This document shows, piece by piece, positions 1 through 12,676 of a stretch of 64,000 bases of DNA. Source of the stretch: Felis catus. Taxonomy: Eukaryota. A model generated the notes under the pieces. It was not told where the DNA came from, did not search any database, and worked only from the letters and a program-made list of their open reading frames with translations. Within the stretch, counting starts at the first letter, position 1. The number at the start of each line of letters is the position of its first letter. Both the position numbers and the translations under genes were made by a program. The DNA is taken from NCBI RefSeq assembly GCF_018350175.1, contig NC_058373.1, positions 118,174,001-118,238,000 on the forward strand. The letters are read 5' to 3'.

Positions 1-810
1 ACTGTTTTCACTTATTCTGGTTCTTACCATAACACTTGCATATGTAGTAGAGGCAAATGATTTTGTAGAGAGTGCTGTTTCTAATCAGGTACAAATCAGG
101 CACCAGTGCTAGATACATGCTGGACAAATTGAGAAACAGCTCGCAAATCATATGAAACTAAACACTTACTGTCTCCTTCCATATGAAGTAAAAAAAAGTT
201 GCAATGCTAATAAATAGTAGTGTGTATATGAGGCTTATTTACTCAGCTTTTTCTGATGAGTTCTATAATCGTTTTTACTTTCTACACAAAACTACTGAAA
301 GCTTTTATGTCAGAATGTTTACAGATCTTTTCAGGTCATATATCAGACTTCTTTTAACAATATGAAATTGAGAAATAGTATTGCTCAACAAGGGATGTTG
401 AAATTGATCTCTGAATGCCACTGCATATAAAGAGTATGAGACAGAATCCCAAATAGGCAGAGAAATGGTCAGTCTAGGTGTCAGGAAGGAAACTGGGAAA
501 TTCACATATATGTATTTCAAACCCAAGAACTATTACTATAATATGCATACTGTGGGCCAAAGTGAGCTTATAATTTTTGATAAATGGTAGAATTTTTGAA
601 ATGTGATTACGTTGAATTATTGATGTAATTTTGTTATTTACATTTGAGTGCTTACAGTTTCATCTTTATTCGACAGTATCTTTGCCTTTCATTTTATCAC
701 TTACCTCGTATGAAGGCCAAGGTTAGGAATAGCAATCTAAAATGCCCAGGAAGAAAATAATTTCTATAAACAAAAGTAAATAAAAGTTTTTTTCAAGCCA
801 TGTTGTCTGC
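1..810 (+). other. Possible distal 3' UTR and poly(A) site of the upstream gene (RBM25 by recalled synteny)
   Basis: AT-rich sequence with no recognisable repeat. AATAAA at 779-784 is followed by a U/GU-rich tract. Gene identity rests only on remembered human gene order. Confidence 0.3.
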
Positions 811-1259
811 ATTAAATGACACTCCCACGTCTACCTACTTTGCCACATCACATAGTACTTGGATTTATGACCTAGCTTCTCGTGTCAAGTGGTGGCTGAA
901 TTGTTAAGAGGCAGTCCTTTTGCTTTTTGGTGTATAACTTTTTAGCCATTGAAACACAATATGTGGCATTCATGTTAAAAGGTAGGTAGACTGATAGACA
1001 TTAATAAGACAAGATTCCTCTACTAGCAGACAGTAATGGTGAAGAAGGAATAATGAGAGGAATGCTAATATACACACAAAGTACTGTCTGAACTGTTGAA
1101 CTAACTTCATGGTTGAGAGGAAAGGGACATTAGATTCTTAGCAGAGGTAGTAATATGTAGAAGGGAACTTCGAGATCACATAGTCTACCCAATGCAACAG
1201 TGTTCTTGACAGATAGGTGTCTAGAGGCCTATATATAGGATTCTAATTCACCATTTAGA

Positions 1260-1363
1260 TCTGCACTATCAAAGATTTTACGTTTGTTAAATAATTTTGA
1301 AACTCAGTTCTTCAGTAACACTAGCATATTTCAAATGTTTGAATGTCACGTGACTAAAATATA

Positions 1364-1397
<34 letters not shown>

Positions 1398-1520
1398 TTG
1401 CCACACTATATTTCAAGTGCTGAATAGCCATATATAGCTAAGTGGCTAGCAATACTAGATGGACTGCAGATCATAGAACATGATTATGATTGCAGAAAGT
1501 TACATTGGACAGATCTGGTC
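1260..1520. mobile_element. MER3/MER33-like hAT DNA transposon fossil with an internal (TA)n-Tn run
   Basis: ATTTCAAGTGCTGAATAGCCA...GTGGCTAG...GCAGAAAGTTACATTGGACAG resembles the recalled consensus. Confidence 0.55.
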
Positions 1521-2015
1521 TAGATGTTGACATCAACCTAAGGAGAGGGAAGTGCTTGTTAATAAAATTCCTCCACATGAAACGTTTCTCGCAAATCTTT
1601 GAAGCAATTAAATAGTTCTGAACAGCTATTTTTCCTGGTTTTTTTAAATAACAAAAGGAAAAATTAGTGAACGCTAGGTTGTAGAATCCAAAAACTACAA
1701 AGCTTCATTTCTTTCCTGTCAATTGAAAAATACTAGTAAATACACCCTAGTGAAGAGACTAGACTAGTTGTTACTATAGGTGAAAAGTCTATATATTAAA
1801 GTTTAGTTTTTAAGTATTTTATTGAGGCACACTTTTTAAAAGGAAGGGCCCAAGTTCTTGGTTAAGGAGGAGATTAGGGGTGCCTGGGTGGCTCAGTTGG
1901 TTAAGCATCCAACTTTGACTGTGGTCATGATCTCGCGGTTTGTGAGTTTGAGCCCTGCATCAGGCTCTGTGCTGACAGCTCAGAGCCTGGAACCTGTTTC
2001 GGATTCTGTGTCTCC

Positions 2016-2071
<56 letters not shown>

Positions 2072-2154
2072 AAAAAAAAAAAAAAAGATTTCATAAAATA
2101 CAAACATACACAAGAACTGAAGGCTAAAAATAGAAGATAAGATAACTAGCCCTT

Positions 2155-2380
2155 GGGGCGCCTGGGTGGCGCAGTCGGTTAAGCGTCCGACTTCAGCCAG
2201 GTCACGATCTCGCGGTCCGTGAGTTCGAGCCCCGCGTCGGGCTCTGGGCTGATGGCTCGGAGCCTGGAGCCTGTTTCCGATTCTGTGTCTCCCTCTCTCT
2301 CTGCCCCTCCCCCGTTCAAGTTCTGTCTCTCTCTGTCCCAAAAATAAATACACGTTGAAAAAAAAATTAAAAAAAAAAAA
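2155..2380 (+). mobile_element. Young SINEC_Fc-type CanSINE
   Basis: CpGs intact; diagnostic GGCTCTGGGCTGATGGCTC; perfect TSD GATAACTAGCCCTT (2141-2154 and 2381-2394). Confidence 0.9.
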
Positions 2381-4655
2381 GATAACTAGCCCTTGGGGAG
2401 CCTGGGTGGCTCAGTTGGTTGGGTCCCTTGATTTCATCCCAGGTCATGATCCTAGGGTTGTGGGATTGAGCCCCATGTCAGTGTGGGCTCCACTCAGTGT
2501 GGAGCCTGCCTAAGCTGTCTCTCTCCCTGACCCTCTTCTCTGCTCATGCATTCTGTTTCTCTCTAAAAAACAAAAAGTAAAGAGATAACTAGCTTTTTAT
2601 CTTCATCAGGTCCAAGTCTCAGGAGATGATCCTTGCAATGAATAAGACTGATGTGAGAGCTAATGAGATAGTGGCCAAGCACGAAGCTCTGATGACAATT
2701 TATTCTATTTCAATTCTTTATTCCCATAGGAAACGGGGCAGTGACATTGTGTATAAATAAAGGGCCACCTGCGTAGGTCAGTTGGTAGATCCAACTGACC
2801 AACTGGTGACTCTTAGTCTCTGGGGTCATGAGTTCAAGCCCCACGTTGGGCGTAGAGCTTACTTAAAAAAAAATGGCAACCTGCTTTTGTGTAGAAAGTG
2901 TTGAGTAGGATTGCCTTGGAATCAGTGGCGTAAAGAAATGGTGTTGGTTCTCTGACCAGGTCTTAACACTACGTGCTAGTGACCAGTGACTGCTCTAGCC
3001 TCTAATCTGTAATAGACTGTCTCCACCAATAGATCTGGCACTCTGGATTTCCATCTGCCTCATCTTTCACCACTCACTACTGTGGGTTTTCATTTTATTT
3101 TATTTTTTTAAGTTTATCCTGAGAGACAAGAGCTCAAGTAGGGGAGGGGAAGAGAGAGAGGGCAACAGAGAATCACAAGCCGGCTCCTGGCTGTCAGAGC
3201 AGAGCCCTACATGAGGCTCGAACTGAAGAACCTTGAGACCATGACCTGAGTCCAAATCAAGAGTTGGACACTTAACCAACTGAGCCACCTAGGCGCTCCA
3301 CTTAATACTGTTTTTTGCCACCCTTCATATTATTTTGCTTCTCCATTCCTGTCCCCAAGTTCCAAACCCTTGGGAAAATATAAATGCACCGCTGCAGATA
3401 TTTTGGCTCCTCGGTGCTGTATTTCTTGTTCTTTTACTGAACTTCAGTTCCTTTTCACAAACATTGCAGCTTTTACTGTTTTTGAACTTCCAGTACTATA
3501 CAGTAGGTGTGGAAAAAATATTCACTGAGTGCAAGTCATTTGATTCCCCCAACCCCCACCCCCTTACTCAGCAACTCAGTCTCAAGTTTAATAAAACCTT
3601 ATCTTTAAAAAAGTCATTAGGCGGGGCACCTGGGTGGCTCAGTAGGGTAAGCATCTGACTCTTGATCTCCTGCAGGTCTTGATCTCAGGGTCATTAGTTC
3701 AAGCTCTGAGTTGGGCTCCATGCTGGGTGTGACGACTAAAAAAAAAAAAGGCATTAGGCATATTTTCTAGTTCTAGCTTTCCAGTTGATGATGATATGCG
3801 TCTTAAACCTTATTTTCTGTAGATAATTATAGATACCTCCACCCATCCTATCCAGGAGATCTCCACTGCCCTACTTTCTAACTACATTTTGCAATTTCTT
3901 GAGCCTTGCTCAAGTATTCCATTATTTTCTTTCTTCAGTCTGGACTAAAAGTTTTAAAGAACACAAAAACTTAACCTTTCCTACTCCTTTCCACTATTGA
4001 GATTCCACAAAGAGTAGCTTATAGTTATATGTTCCCTCCAAATGCCTCAAGTCTCAAATGTTTATATCACCATCCCACTGATGACTGGTGATAGCCTAAA
4101 AGGAGACTCTGATGTGATAGGCTCTACCCTAGTCGATCAGTTAGCTCCTTATTTGGGACTCTTCTTCCTTGATGCCCAGGATTGTCATTCCCAATGTCTT
4201 TGCTTGCTTTTCCTCAGCAAATCCTGGATATGTGTATTTTTTTTTAAAGATTTATTTACTGAAGTAGCCTCTACACCCAACATGTGGCTTGAACTCGTGT
4301 CCCAAGATCAAGAGTCACACGCTCCATGAACTGAGCCAGCCAGGCCCCCCAAGGATGTTTATATTTCTTTTTTAAATTTTTTAATGTTTATTTATTTTTG
4401 AGAGACAATGTGAGCAAGGGAGCGGCAGAGAGAGAGAGAGAAACAGAGCTCGAAGCAGGCTCCAGGCTCTGAGCTAGCACGCCCAATGTGGGGCTCGAAC
4501 TGTCAAACTGCAAGATCATGACCTGAGCCAAAGTCGGATGCTTAACCAACTGAGTCACCCAGGTGCCCCAGGATGTTTATATTTCTAAGATGAATAAATC
4601 CCTAAAACGAAAGGAAAAATTATCTGTGGTCCAGTTACTCAGTCACTGGTGGCTG

Positions 4656-4687
<32 letters not shown>

Positions 4688-4899
4688 TTTTTTTTTCAAC
4701 GTTTATTTATTTTTCAGAGAGAGAGAGACAGAGCACGAACGGGGGAGGGGCAGAGAGAGAGGGAGACACAGAATCAGAAACAGGCTCCAGGCTCTGAGCC
4801 ATCAGCCCAGAGCCCGACGCGGGGCTCAAACTCACGGACCGCGAGATCGTGACCTGGCTGAAGTCGGACGCTTAACCGACTGCGCCACCCAGGCGCCCC
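4656..4899 (-). mobile_element. Young SINEC_Fc-type CanSINE
   Basis: Long T tract; TSD CTGGTGGCTGTTTTT; near-identical to the copies at 12451, 56160 and 57264. Confidence 0.9.
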
Positions 4900-6377
4900 T
4901 GGTGGCTGTTTTTAAAATAACCGTTTTGTTTCTTTTTGCAGGATTGTGTTTTGACATAGTTGTATTTATACATACGCATAAATCTTTTTTTAAATGTTTG
5001 TTTATTTTGAGAGAGACAGAGCAGGAACAGGGGAGGGGCACAGAGAGAGTGTGAGAGAGAGAATCCCAAGCAGGCTCTGTGCTGTCAGTGCAGAGCCCAA
5101 TGTGGGGCTCAGTCTCATGAACTGTGAGATCACGACCTGAGCTGAAATCAAGAGACAGAGGCTAACCGACTTAGTCACCCACATGCCCCCATATGCATAA
5201 ATGTCATGTCTATTTTTTTTAACTTAACAGAATCAGAACATTTCTGTTACACATAACCTTCATAAACACTTTTAATGGCATTTTGTGAAGTGGATGAACC
5301 ATAATTTGTTGTAAGATGTGAATAATAATTCATGAACATCTTTGCACAGATATTTTGAGATTGTTTCTAAAAATAGTTTACCAGCATTTTAAGACTTTCT
5401 ACACATATTACCAGATTGCATTCAGTGAAGATTTAAAAAAAATATCTTTGGGGGGTGGTGCCTGGGTGGTTCAGTCAAACATCCAGCTCTGGATTCTAGC
5501 TCAGGTTATGATCTCACAGTGTGTGGGTTCAAGCCTAGCGTTGGGCTCTGCTCTGATAGGTAGGATAGCTCTGAGCTGATTGGGATTCTCTCCCTTTCTC
5601 TCTGCCCTTCCACCCTCTCTCACTCTCTTTCTCTATATAAGTAAACAAACAAACAAACAAACCAAACTTAAAAAAATATTTTGAGGGGGCACCTGGGTGG
5701 CTAAGTCGGTTAAACATCAGGATCTTGATTTCAGCTCAGGTCACGATCTTGCAGTTTTGCACTGAGACCCGCATTGGGCTCCGTACTGACAGCATGGAGC
5801 CTCCTTGGGATTCTCTCTCTCCCTCTCTCTCTCCCTGCTTCTCCCCTGTTCATGCTCCCTCTCTTTCTCAAATAAACTTAAATGTTTTGAAGGGGGAGTG
5901 TCAACATTTTTATTCCTCTAACATATCTCTTTCCTGTTCATGGAAAAAACTTATAAATCTGTCAATGTATTGGGTGGGGAGAGGAGGGAGGGATTGGGGA
6001 CCCATGCTTTAGGAACATGTAGGGCTATATTGGGGGACGAATTTAAAAGAAGCAAAAGATATCATTTGACCAGATGCCATGCATCATTGATTTCATTGTC
6101 AGTTTTCAGATTACCTGTGAATTTGAGCATTTCTCTATTCTTCACCTTTGGTTTTACATGGTAGTACTAGTTTTACTCTTAGCTTTCGGATGAGTGTCTG
6201 AGTATGCCATACTACTTAAGGAGTTAGTTATTGGTACTGTCTTTATTGCAATTTGGACGAAAAGCTGGCAGACGCGGAAATTAAGTGACCGCTGAGCAAT
6301 TCACTGTGTATGAAATACTCTGGGCATTTCAAAAATAGACACATTTTATGCTCTCTGGAAGCCTATTATCTAAGAAG

Positions 6378-6840
6378 ACTGGATTTTAACTTTGGAGCTT
6401 AAGAATCCCGGGCTGTTTAATTTTTTTTTTTTTTTAATGTTTATTTACTTTTGAGAGACAGGCAGAGTGTGAGCGGGGTCGGCGGGGGGTGGGGGGGGGT
6501 GGGGGGTGGGGGGGTGGGAGTGGCTAGGGGCAGAGAGAGAGAGGGAAACAGAATCCCAAGCGGGCGGCAGGCTCTGAGCTGCCAGCACAGAGCCTGAGGC
6601 GGGGCTTCAACTCGCCAGCCACAAGATCATGACCTGAGCCAAAGTCTGCCGCCCTTAACCTACTGAGCCACCCAGGTACTACCCAGCTATGTTTGTTTAA
6701 AATGCAGTTTTTCAGGTTCCACCCCCCCTCCTCCCGTAAGTTTTGATTCATTGGGTAGGGTGTGGAGGGCACAGATATTTACAATTTTAATTAGTATCCT
6801 CTTGACTGTGGTGCAGCTGATTCGCATTGAGAAACACTAT
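6378..6840. mobile_element. MER5-like fossil interrupted by a - strand CanSINE (~6420-6680)
   Basis: GTTTAAAATGCAG...TGATTCATTGGGTAGGG...TTGAGAAACACT pattern. Confidence 0.5.
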
Positions 6841-7178
6841 AAGTAGGTACTATAGATAAATGAAAGAAACGTTAGATTTAAGTTGCCATCACTTGTAGGC
6901 CAGAAGAAGCACCCGCTGGGCCCAGGTGAGGTAGAAACGTTCATCCTCAGCTCAAGAGCAGCCTCGAATCCCTGACAATCTCAGACTCAAGCTAGCACTC
7001 TGGGCGGGTTCCTCTAGTTCCCTGGGCCGGCTGGAGCGCAGGGTTTGCCCCGCAATCTGCGCCCGCGCTACCGGAAGCCCCACCCTCTTTCTCTAGGCCC
7101 CGCCCCTGCACCGGTGGGCCCTGCTCTTGCCCTTACAGGTCCCGCCCCTCCCCCGGCTGGCCGCCAACGACGCCAGAG

Positions 7179-7191
7179 CCGGAAATGACGA
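7179..7191 (+). promoter_or_regulatory. PSEN1: Overlapping ETS / CRE half-site (CCGGAAATGACGA) at the presumed transcription start
   Basis: Motif read directly. Matches the recalled human PSEN1 start region AGAGCCGGAAATGACGAC, which is known to be Ets-regulated. Confidence 0.75.
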
Positions 7192-7328
7192 CACCAGTGA
7201 AGCCTTTTGGGCGGGGCCTAGGCCGAGCAGCTCCAGAGGCTGCGATTTCACATCGGAAACAAAACAGCGGCTGCTCTGGAAGGAGCCTCCCCTGCCAGGG
7301 GCCGGTGTCGGCGGCGAGGGAAGAGTAG
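7183..7328 (+). other. PSEN1: PSEN1 exon 1 (5' UTR); start position approximate
   Basis: TTTCACATCGGAAACAAAACAGCGGCTG resembles the recalled human exon 1. Donor TAG|GTGCGT at 7329. Confidence 0.75.
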
Positions 7329-10300
7329 GTGCGTGATGGGGACTTAGGGGAGAAGGGAAGGTGCCCCTCACACGGTGCAGACATGGGCGGTCGCGGGCAG
7401 GGCCCGGCCCTGTGTCGCTACCCGGGCCGTGGAGCCGGTGTCCTCGAGGATGAGGAACGGGGCGCGGCCGAGCGGGGACCGAGGAACCCCGAGTGGGGAA
7501 CGAGGAGGGGCGGCCCGTTTCTCCTGCTCCCGGCGCAGCGCGCGGTCAGGTTGAAGAGATTCCCCTCCGTAGATTTGTTCCGGAAGTGCTGGTTTCCCGA
7601 AGACGTTTCAGGGCGCAGGTGCCCTGGGCCGGGATTGCCGGTCTTGACTGGAGTGGAGCAGGAGAAAGAGGAAGCTCCTTGCCCTCGGTCTGGTTGAGCA
7701 ACTAGTGAAACTCCGCGCCTCATGCCCTGAGTGTGTCCTTGTCTGGGGAAGCGAGTGGCACTCAGGGCTGAGTTCCTTGTGTCTGACGCTCGAGGAGGAA
7801 AACAGGGTCTGATGCTTTTGCCTTGGTTGGAACTGTCGCGAGGCATGATATTCATTGCTTTGCATGTGTCTTGGATATTTACGTTTTGTTCTCGTTCGGA
7901 TGCTTTTCAAATAAATATGTTTTTATTGTAAGAGAGAAATTTAATAATAATTTTAAAAGCACTACTTGCCTGCTTTGGGCAAGATTAATATAGTATTCAG
8001 GACTTTGGGAGATAAGGATAAGATGCAAATAACTGTGGCATGTATAACTATGTGACAGAGCACGCTGTAAAGCTTGTAACATTCTGTAAAGTTTCAGGCA
8101 AGTAGAAACCACATCTGGTTAGGGAGTCTTGTTATTTGAGTTCTTTTTTTTTTTTTTAACAGTGGAAAGGGAAAGGTTTTCACTCCTGGAGTTAAAGTGG
8201 GAAGGGTATTATAATCAGGGTGTATCACAAACAGGGATTCTCTGGATCTTAAGCCTCTAGTGACCCACTCTGACCATTAAAATAACTGTTATGAAGGAGA
8301 ATAAAACAGCAAAGTAGATTGGAGCTTGTTGCATTCGGCTAATTTCAGTCATCTGCAAAAAAGCCTGTTTGTTTCATTTCTCCTTAACTCATTTGCAGAG
8401 CTCAACCAATTAAGCCCTCCCCCACCCCCATTTAATAATAAACCCTTAACAATGAGAAAAAGATCATATATATTGAGTGCATGGATTCTCCCCCTACCCT
8501 CGCCCAGTAGATAATAGAAGTGGCATCTAGTATCTGGTTTTCCATTCTTCTGGTCCTAGGTATACTTTCTTTGAATGGATGTGATTTTTGCTGAATTTTA
8601 AGTTAATGGCTGTAACTGTCCTAGACTGCTGCAAGGATTTTCATTTAGGGGAAACTGAAGATTGAAGTTGGTCTCTGAGAACCACCCTAGCAGGAAAGTA
8701 CAACATATGTTACCAAAGCTTAGGTGATCCTGTTCCTCTCTCAGATCCAGGCTTCCTCTGCTCCTGCTTTCCCACTAATATTATTTTATTAAAATTTTTT
8801 TTTAACATTTATTTATTATTGAGAGATAGACACAGAGCATGAGCAGGGGAGGGGTAGAGAGAGAGGGAGACACAGAGTCTGAAGTAGGCTCCAGGCTCTG
8901 AGCTGTCAGCACAGAGCCTGACTCGGGGCTTGAACTCACAAACTGTTGAGATCGTGACCTGAGCCGAAGTCGGACGCTTAACCAACTGAGCCACCTAGGT
9001 GCCCCACTAATATTATTAAAAAAAAAAAAAAAATTTTTTTTAAACGTTTATTCATTTTTTGAATAATGAGAGACAGAGCGTGAGTGGGGAAGGGGCAGAG
9101 AGAGAGGGAGACACAGAATCTGGAGCAAGCTCTAGGCCCTGGAGCCCGATGTAGGGTTCAAACTCATAGACTGTGAGATCATGACCTGAGTTGAAGTCGG
9201 ATGCCCAACCGACTGAGCCACCCAGGTGCCTCTCCCACTAATATTATTGAAGATTATAGGGAGAGACTTCTTTATGGTATATTCTGAAAAACCTTTCAAA
9301 GACCTTTAATACTGACTCTTCATGTGATGTTAGGCAGATTTGGAATGTGTTTTACGAGTGACACTGTTGTGGTCAGAACTTTAGGCACATTAATAGTGGG
9401 GGCTAGAATGGATAAGAGAATTGAGGTGACTTTGCATAATTCAGGTGAGATATGATGGGAGTTTGATCTTTGGTGATGACAGGGGCTTAGAAAGGAAAAG
9501 CATGAACAGGACATGGCATCCAGTAGAGAAGGAATAAAATATAAAGCTGAGTAGGAGGTTTTAAGTTTGGAGAAAGGGGGAAACGATTGCAGAAATAAGG
9601 AAGTTAGGAGCAAAGAACTAGTTTAGAGAGGAACATGAGGAAGTGGTTTGGAAGTATCACTTTGGAAGTGCCAGCAGGTGAAGATGTCCCATGGACAGAC
9701 CTGGAGCTGTAAATATGAGAGTCACTGAAATAGACTTTCTAGTTGATGTTGGAGCAATGCCTAATGAAAGGAAGGGGACAAGGAGGCCCACGCAGACCCT
9801 AGGAACACTTAGAATGAAGGAGTGGAAGAAGGGCGAGGAACCACCTGAGGAGAATGAGTGGCGGGAGGAGAACCTCCAGAGTTCAGTGTCACAAAGGCTG
9901 AGGAAGGGAGGGAAGCTTCGGGAAGAAGGCTGTTAGGAATTTTCAGTATCTGGCCTGGTATAGCAGAAGGAGCTGAAGATTTAGAGCAGCACTGTCTGGT
10001 GGAAACAGTATGAGGTACAAATGTTAATTTAAAACTTTTTTTAAAAGTTTGTTTATTGGCAGAGAGGGGCAGAGAGAGGGAAAGAGAGAATCCCCAGCAG
10101 GCTCTGCGCTTGATCTTACAAGCTGAGATCATGAAATGGACTGAAATCAAGAGTCAGACGCTTAACCCACTGAGCCATCCAGGCGCCTCTCCCCTAAAAC
10201 TTTTTAATGAACAAGTTTTATAAAGGTAGAAGGAAGTAGATAAAATTAATTTTAATAGTCTATTTTATGTAACCTAGTACATCTAAAAGTTTTTATTTCA

Positions 10301-10737
10301 ACATGTAATTAATATAAAAATATACTTGTCTGACTTCTCCTCTACTGAGTTAGCCCCTTAAGGAAACAGAAGCATTATCTGATTTGGTAGCATCCCCAAC
10401 ACCTATCACAATGTCTGGTTTTGTAGAAGAAACCCTGAAAGTGTGTGTTGATTAAAGGGTATTAATGTTTGGTTTTCACACTGCCCCATACAGTTCCTTA
10501 AACTGATGTAAAGCAAAAGAGAGAATGCAAGGATTGCTGAGTATAACCACTGATTTACAAATTAGTTAGATGTGAGTAGTCATGTTTTCATTAAAGATTA
10601 CTTGTATTCAACCCATTTCCACAATGAATTTGAGACAAACTGGGAGTAATCATACCTTCCATGTAGAGTTACTGAAAGTAAAGGTTTCTTGGGGAAAGAT
10701 TCTTTAAAATGATTACAGATATTGATAATATAAGACC

Positions 10738-11267
10738 ATAGTCCCATGTCCACAATTATGAAATCCAAAAGCCCCTGAAAAAACCAAAAGGCTTTGTGTC
10801 ATTCATTTGATAGAAAAATCTAACCTGAACCTATTGTTGTAATTTAAGACTACTTATATGTTTCACTATATAATATATATAGTTAAAAAAAATTTTTTTT
10901 AACATTTATTTATTTTTTGAGAGACAGAGACAGAGCGTGAGCAGGGGAGGGGCAGAGAGAGAGGGAGTCACAGAATCCAAAGCAGGCTCCAGGCTCTGAG
11001 CTGTCAGCATAGAGCCCAACACTGGGCTCAAACTCACGAGCTGTGAGGTCATGACGTGAGCTGAAGTTGAACACTTAACTGACTGAGCCACCCAAGCGCC
11101 CCTCACTATATATTTATTAATGTGTTTATTTTGTGATTCTAAGACTTTGAGGGAGCATTAAAAACATACAGTATTTGCATTGTACTACCTTTATAAAATC
11201 TGAGAAAAATACGAATTCCAAACACATTTAGTCTTAAGGGTTTCAGATACAGAATCCTGGATTTGTA
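10738..11267. mobile_element. Tigger-like TcMar fossil interrupted by a CanSINE (~10893-11102)
   Basis: GAAATCCAAAAGCCCCTGAAAA at the left end; AAACACATTTAGTCTTAAGGGTTTCAGATA...TGTA at the right end. Confidence 0.45.
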
Positions 11268-11329
11268 AGTCTTTTTTCATTTTCAGTGCATCTTCTGAGC
11301 ACATGTAACCATTATTATTTAAAAACAAT

Positions 11330-11766
11330 TATAGTAACTCTATATAACAGACCTCCCCAAAACCCAGTGCCTTAGAGTATTTGACTCCGTATTTGCCTCA
11401 AGTTGCAGGACTGTGGATCAGCTAGGGTAGCTCTGCTTTGCATGTCTTATTCTGGGGCCCAGGCTGAAGGGGCAGTGGCTACCCATGGTAAGCTCTTCTC
11501 AAGGCAACAGCAGAAGCAAAAGAAGACCAACTCCACAAGCAAAATTCAGCAGTCTGCTTGTGTCACATCTGCTGAGATCCCTTTGACCAAAGCAAGTCAG
11601 ATGATTGTGCACAAAGGCACAGGGTGGCTAGTAGGCTGCACCCACCTTGACGCCAAAGCAAGTCACAGAGCCGAGCTCGATATCCCGGGCGTGGGGAAGT
11701 CTATTTTTCCCTGGGAGATGCTGGGGAGGAGTGAATATTTGCTGAATAATAATCTAATCTACCACA
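11330..11766. mobile_element. MLT1-type (MaLR) solo LTR
   Basis: CCCCAAAACCCAGTGCCTTA...CCTTTGACCAAAGCAAGTCA...AATCTAATCTACCACA. ORF 11403-11945 is incidental. Confidence 0.65.
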
Positions 11767-12450
11767 GATGGCTCACAGAAGTAGAGTGGGACGGAGGAGG
11801 GAAAAAAAATCACCAAATAGATATATCACTATCCTTGCTCTTTTTGGAGTCTACCACCTTCACAAAGCCTCCTGTAAGACTGAGGAAATTGTTTGCTCCC
11901 AGTCTCTTAAAATTCAGAGTCTTTCCAGTATATATATATTCCTGAAGTTTTAAGTTAATTTCAAATTATTTTTATTAAATTTAATTATGAATGCGGTTTG
12001 GAGATTGGTTACATTTATTGTTGGATGTGAGGTTTTGAAAACTCAAATAGAGGCTCTCCCAGCCCATCCATATAATCAGAACTTGGGCGGCCTGTCCAGG
12101 AAGAAGCTGTCAAACTAACATCAAAGCTGATAAATAACTTTTGTGGAAAATAAATCACAGTCTCATTTGGCACTTAAAAACTTCTTAGCATCACGATACA
12201 AAGGTACTTAAAAAAAATATTTTTGGTGGGTTTTTTTGTTTTTTTTTTTTAATGTTTATTTATTTTTGAGAGAGTGCAAGCAGCGGAGGGGCAAAAGGAG
12301 GGAGGGAGACATAATCTGAAGCAGGCTCTTCACTGTCAGCACAGAACCAGATGCAGGGCTGGAACTCATGAACTGTGAGATCATGACCTGTGCTGAAGCA
12401 GATGCTAAACCAACTGAGCCACCCAGACACCCCTATTTATGGTGGTTTTC

Positions 12451-12676
12451 TTTTTTTTTAATTTTTTTTTTTTCAACGTTTATTTATTTTTGGGACAGAG
12501 AGAGACAGAGCATGAACGGGGGAGGGGCAGAGAGAGAGGGAGACACAGAATCGGAAACAGGCTCCAGGCTCTGAGCCATCAGCCCAGAGCCCGACGCGGG
12601 GCTCGAACTCACGGACCGCGAGATCGTGACCTGGCTGAAGTCGGACGCTTAACCGACTGCGCCACCCAGGCGCCCC
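12451..12676 (-). mobile_element. Young SINEC_Fc-type CanSINE
   Basis: TSD TTATGGTGGTTTTCT; CpGs intact. Confidence 0.9.

Larger units (their letters stand above)
7000..7800 (+). promoter_or_regulatory. PSEN1: CpG-island, TATA-less promoter of PSEN1
   Basis: Abrupt GC/CpG-rich block in AT-rich surroundings. Contains GC boxes (CCCCGCCCC near 7097, CCCGCCCC 7141-7148, GGGCGGGG 7209-7216) and ETS cores (CCGGAAG 7071-7077, CCGGAAAT 7179-7186, CCGGAAGTG 7580-7588). Confidence 0.9.

Noticed and set aside
7093..7931. Cluster of 66-145 aa ORFs on both strands
   Set aside because: Stop-poor GC-rich CpG island; no recognisable protein similarity.
11403..11945. Longest ORF in the window (180 aa)
   Set aside because: Begins at a non-ATG codon, lies mostly in an MLT1-type LTR and resembles no protein family I recognise.
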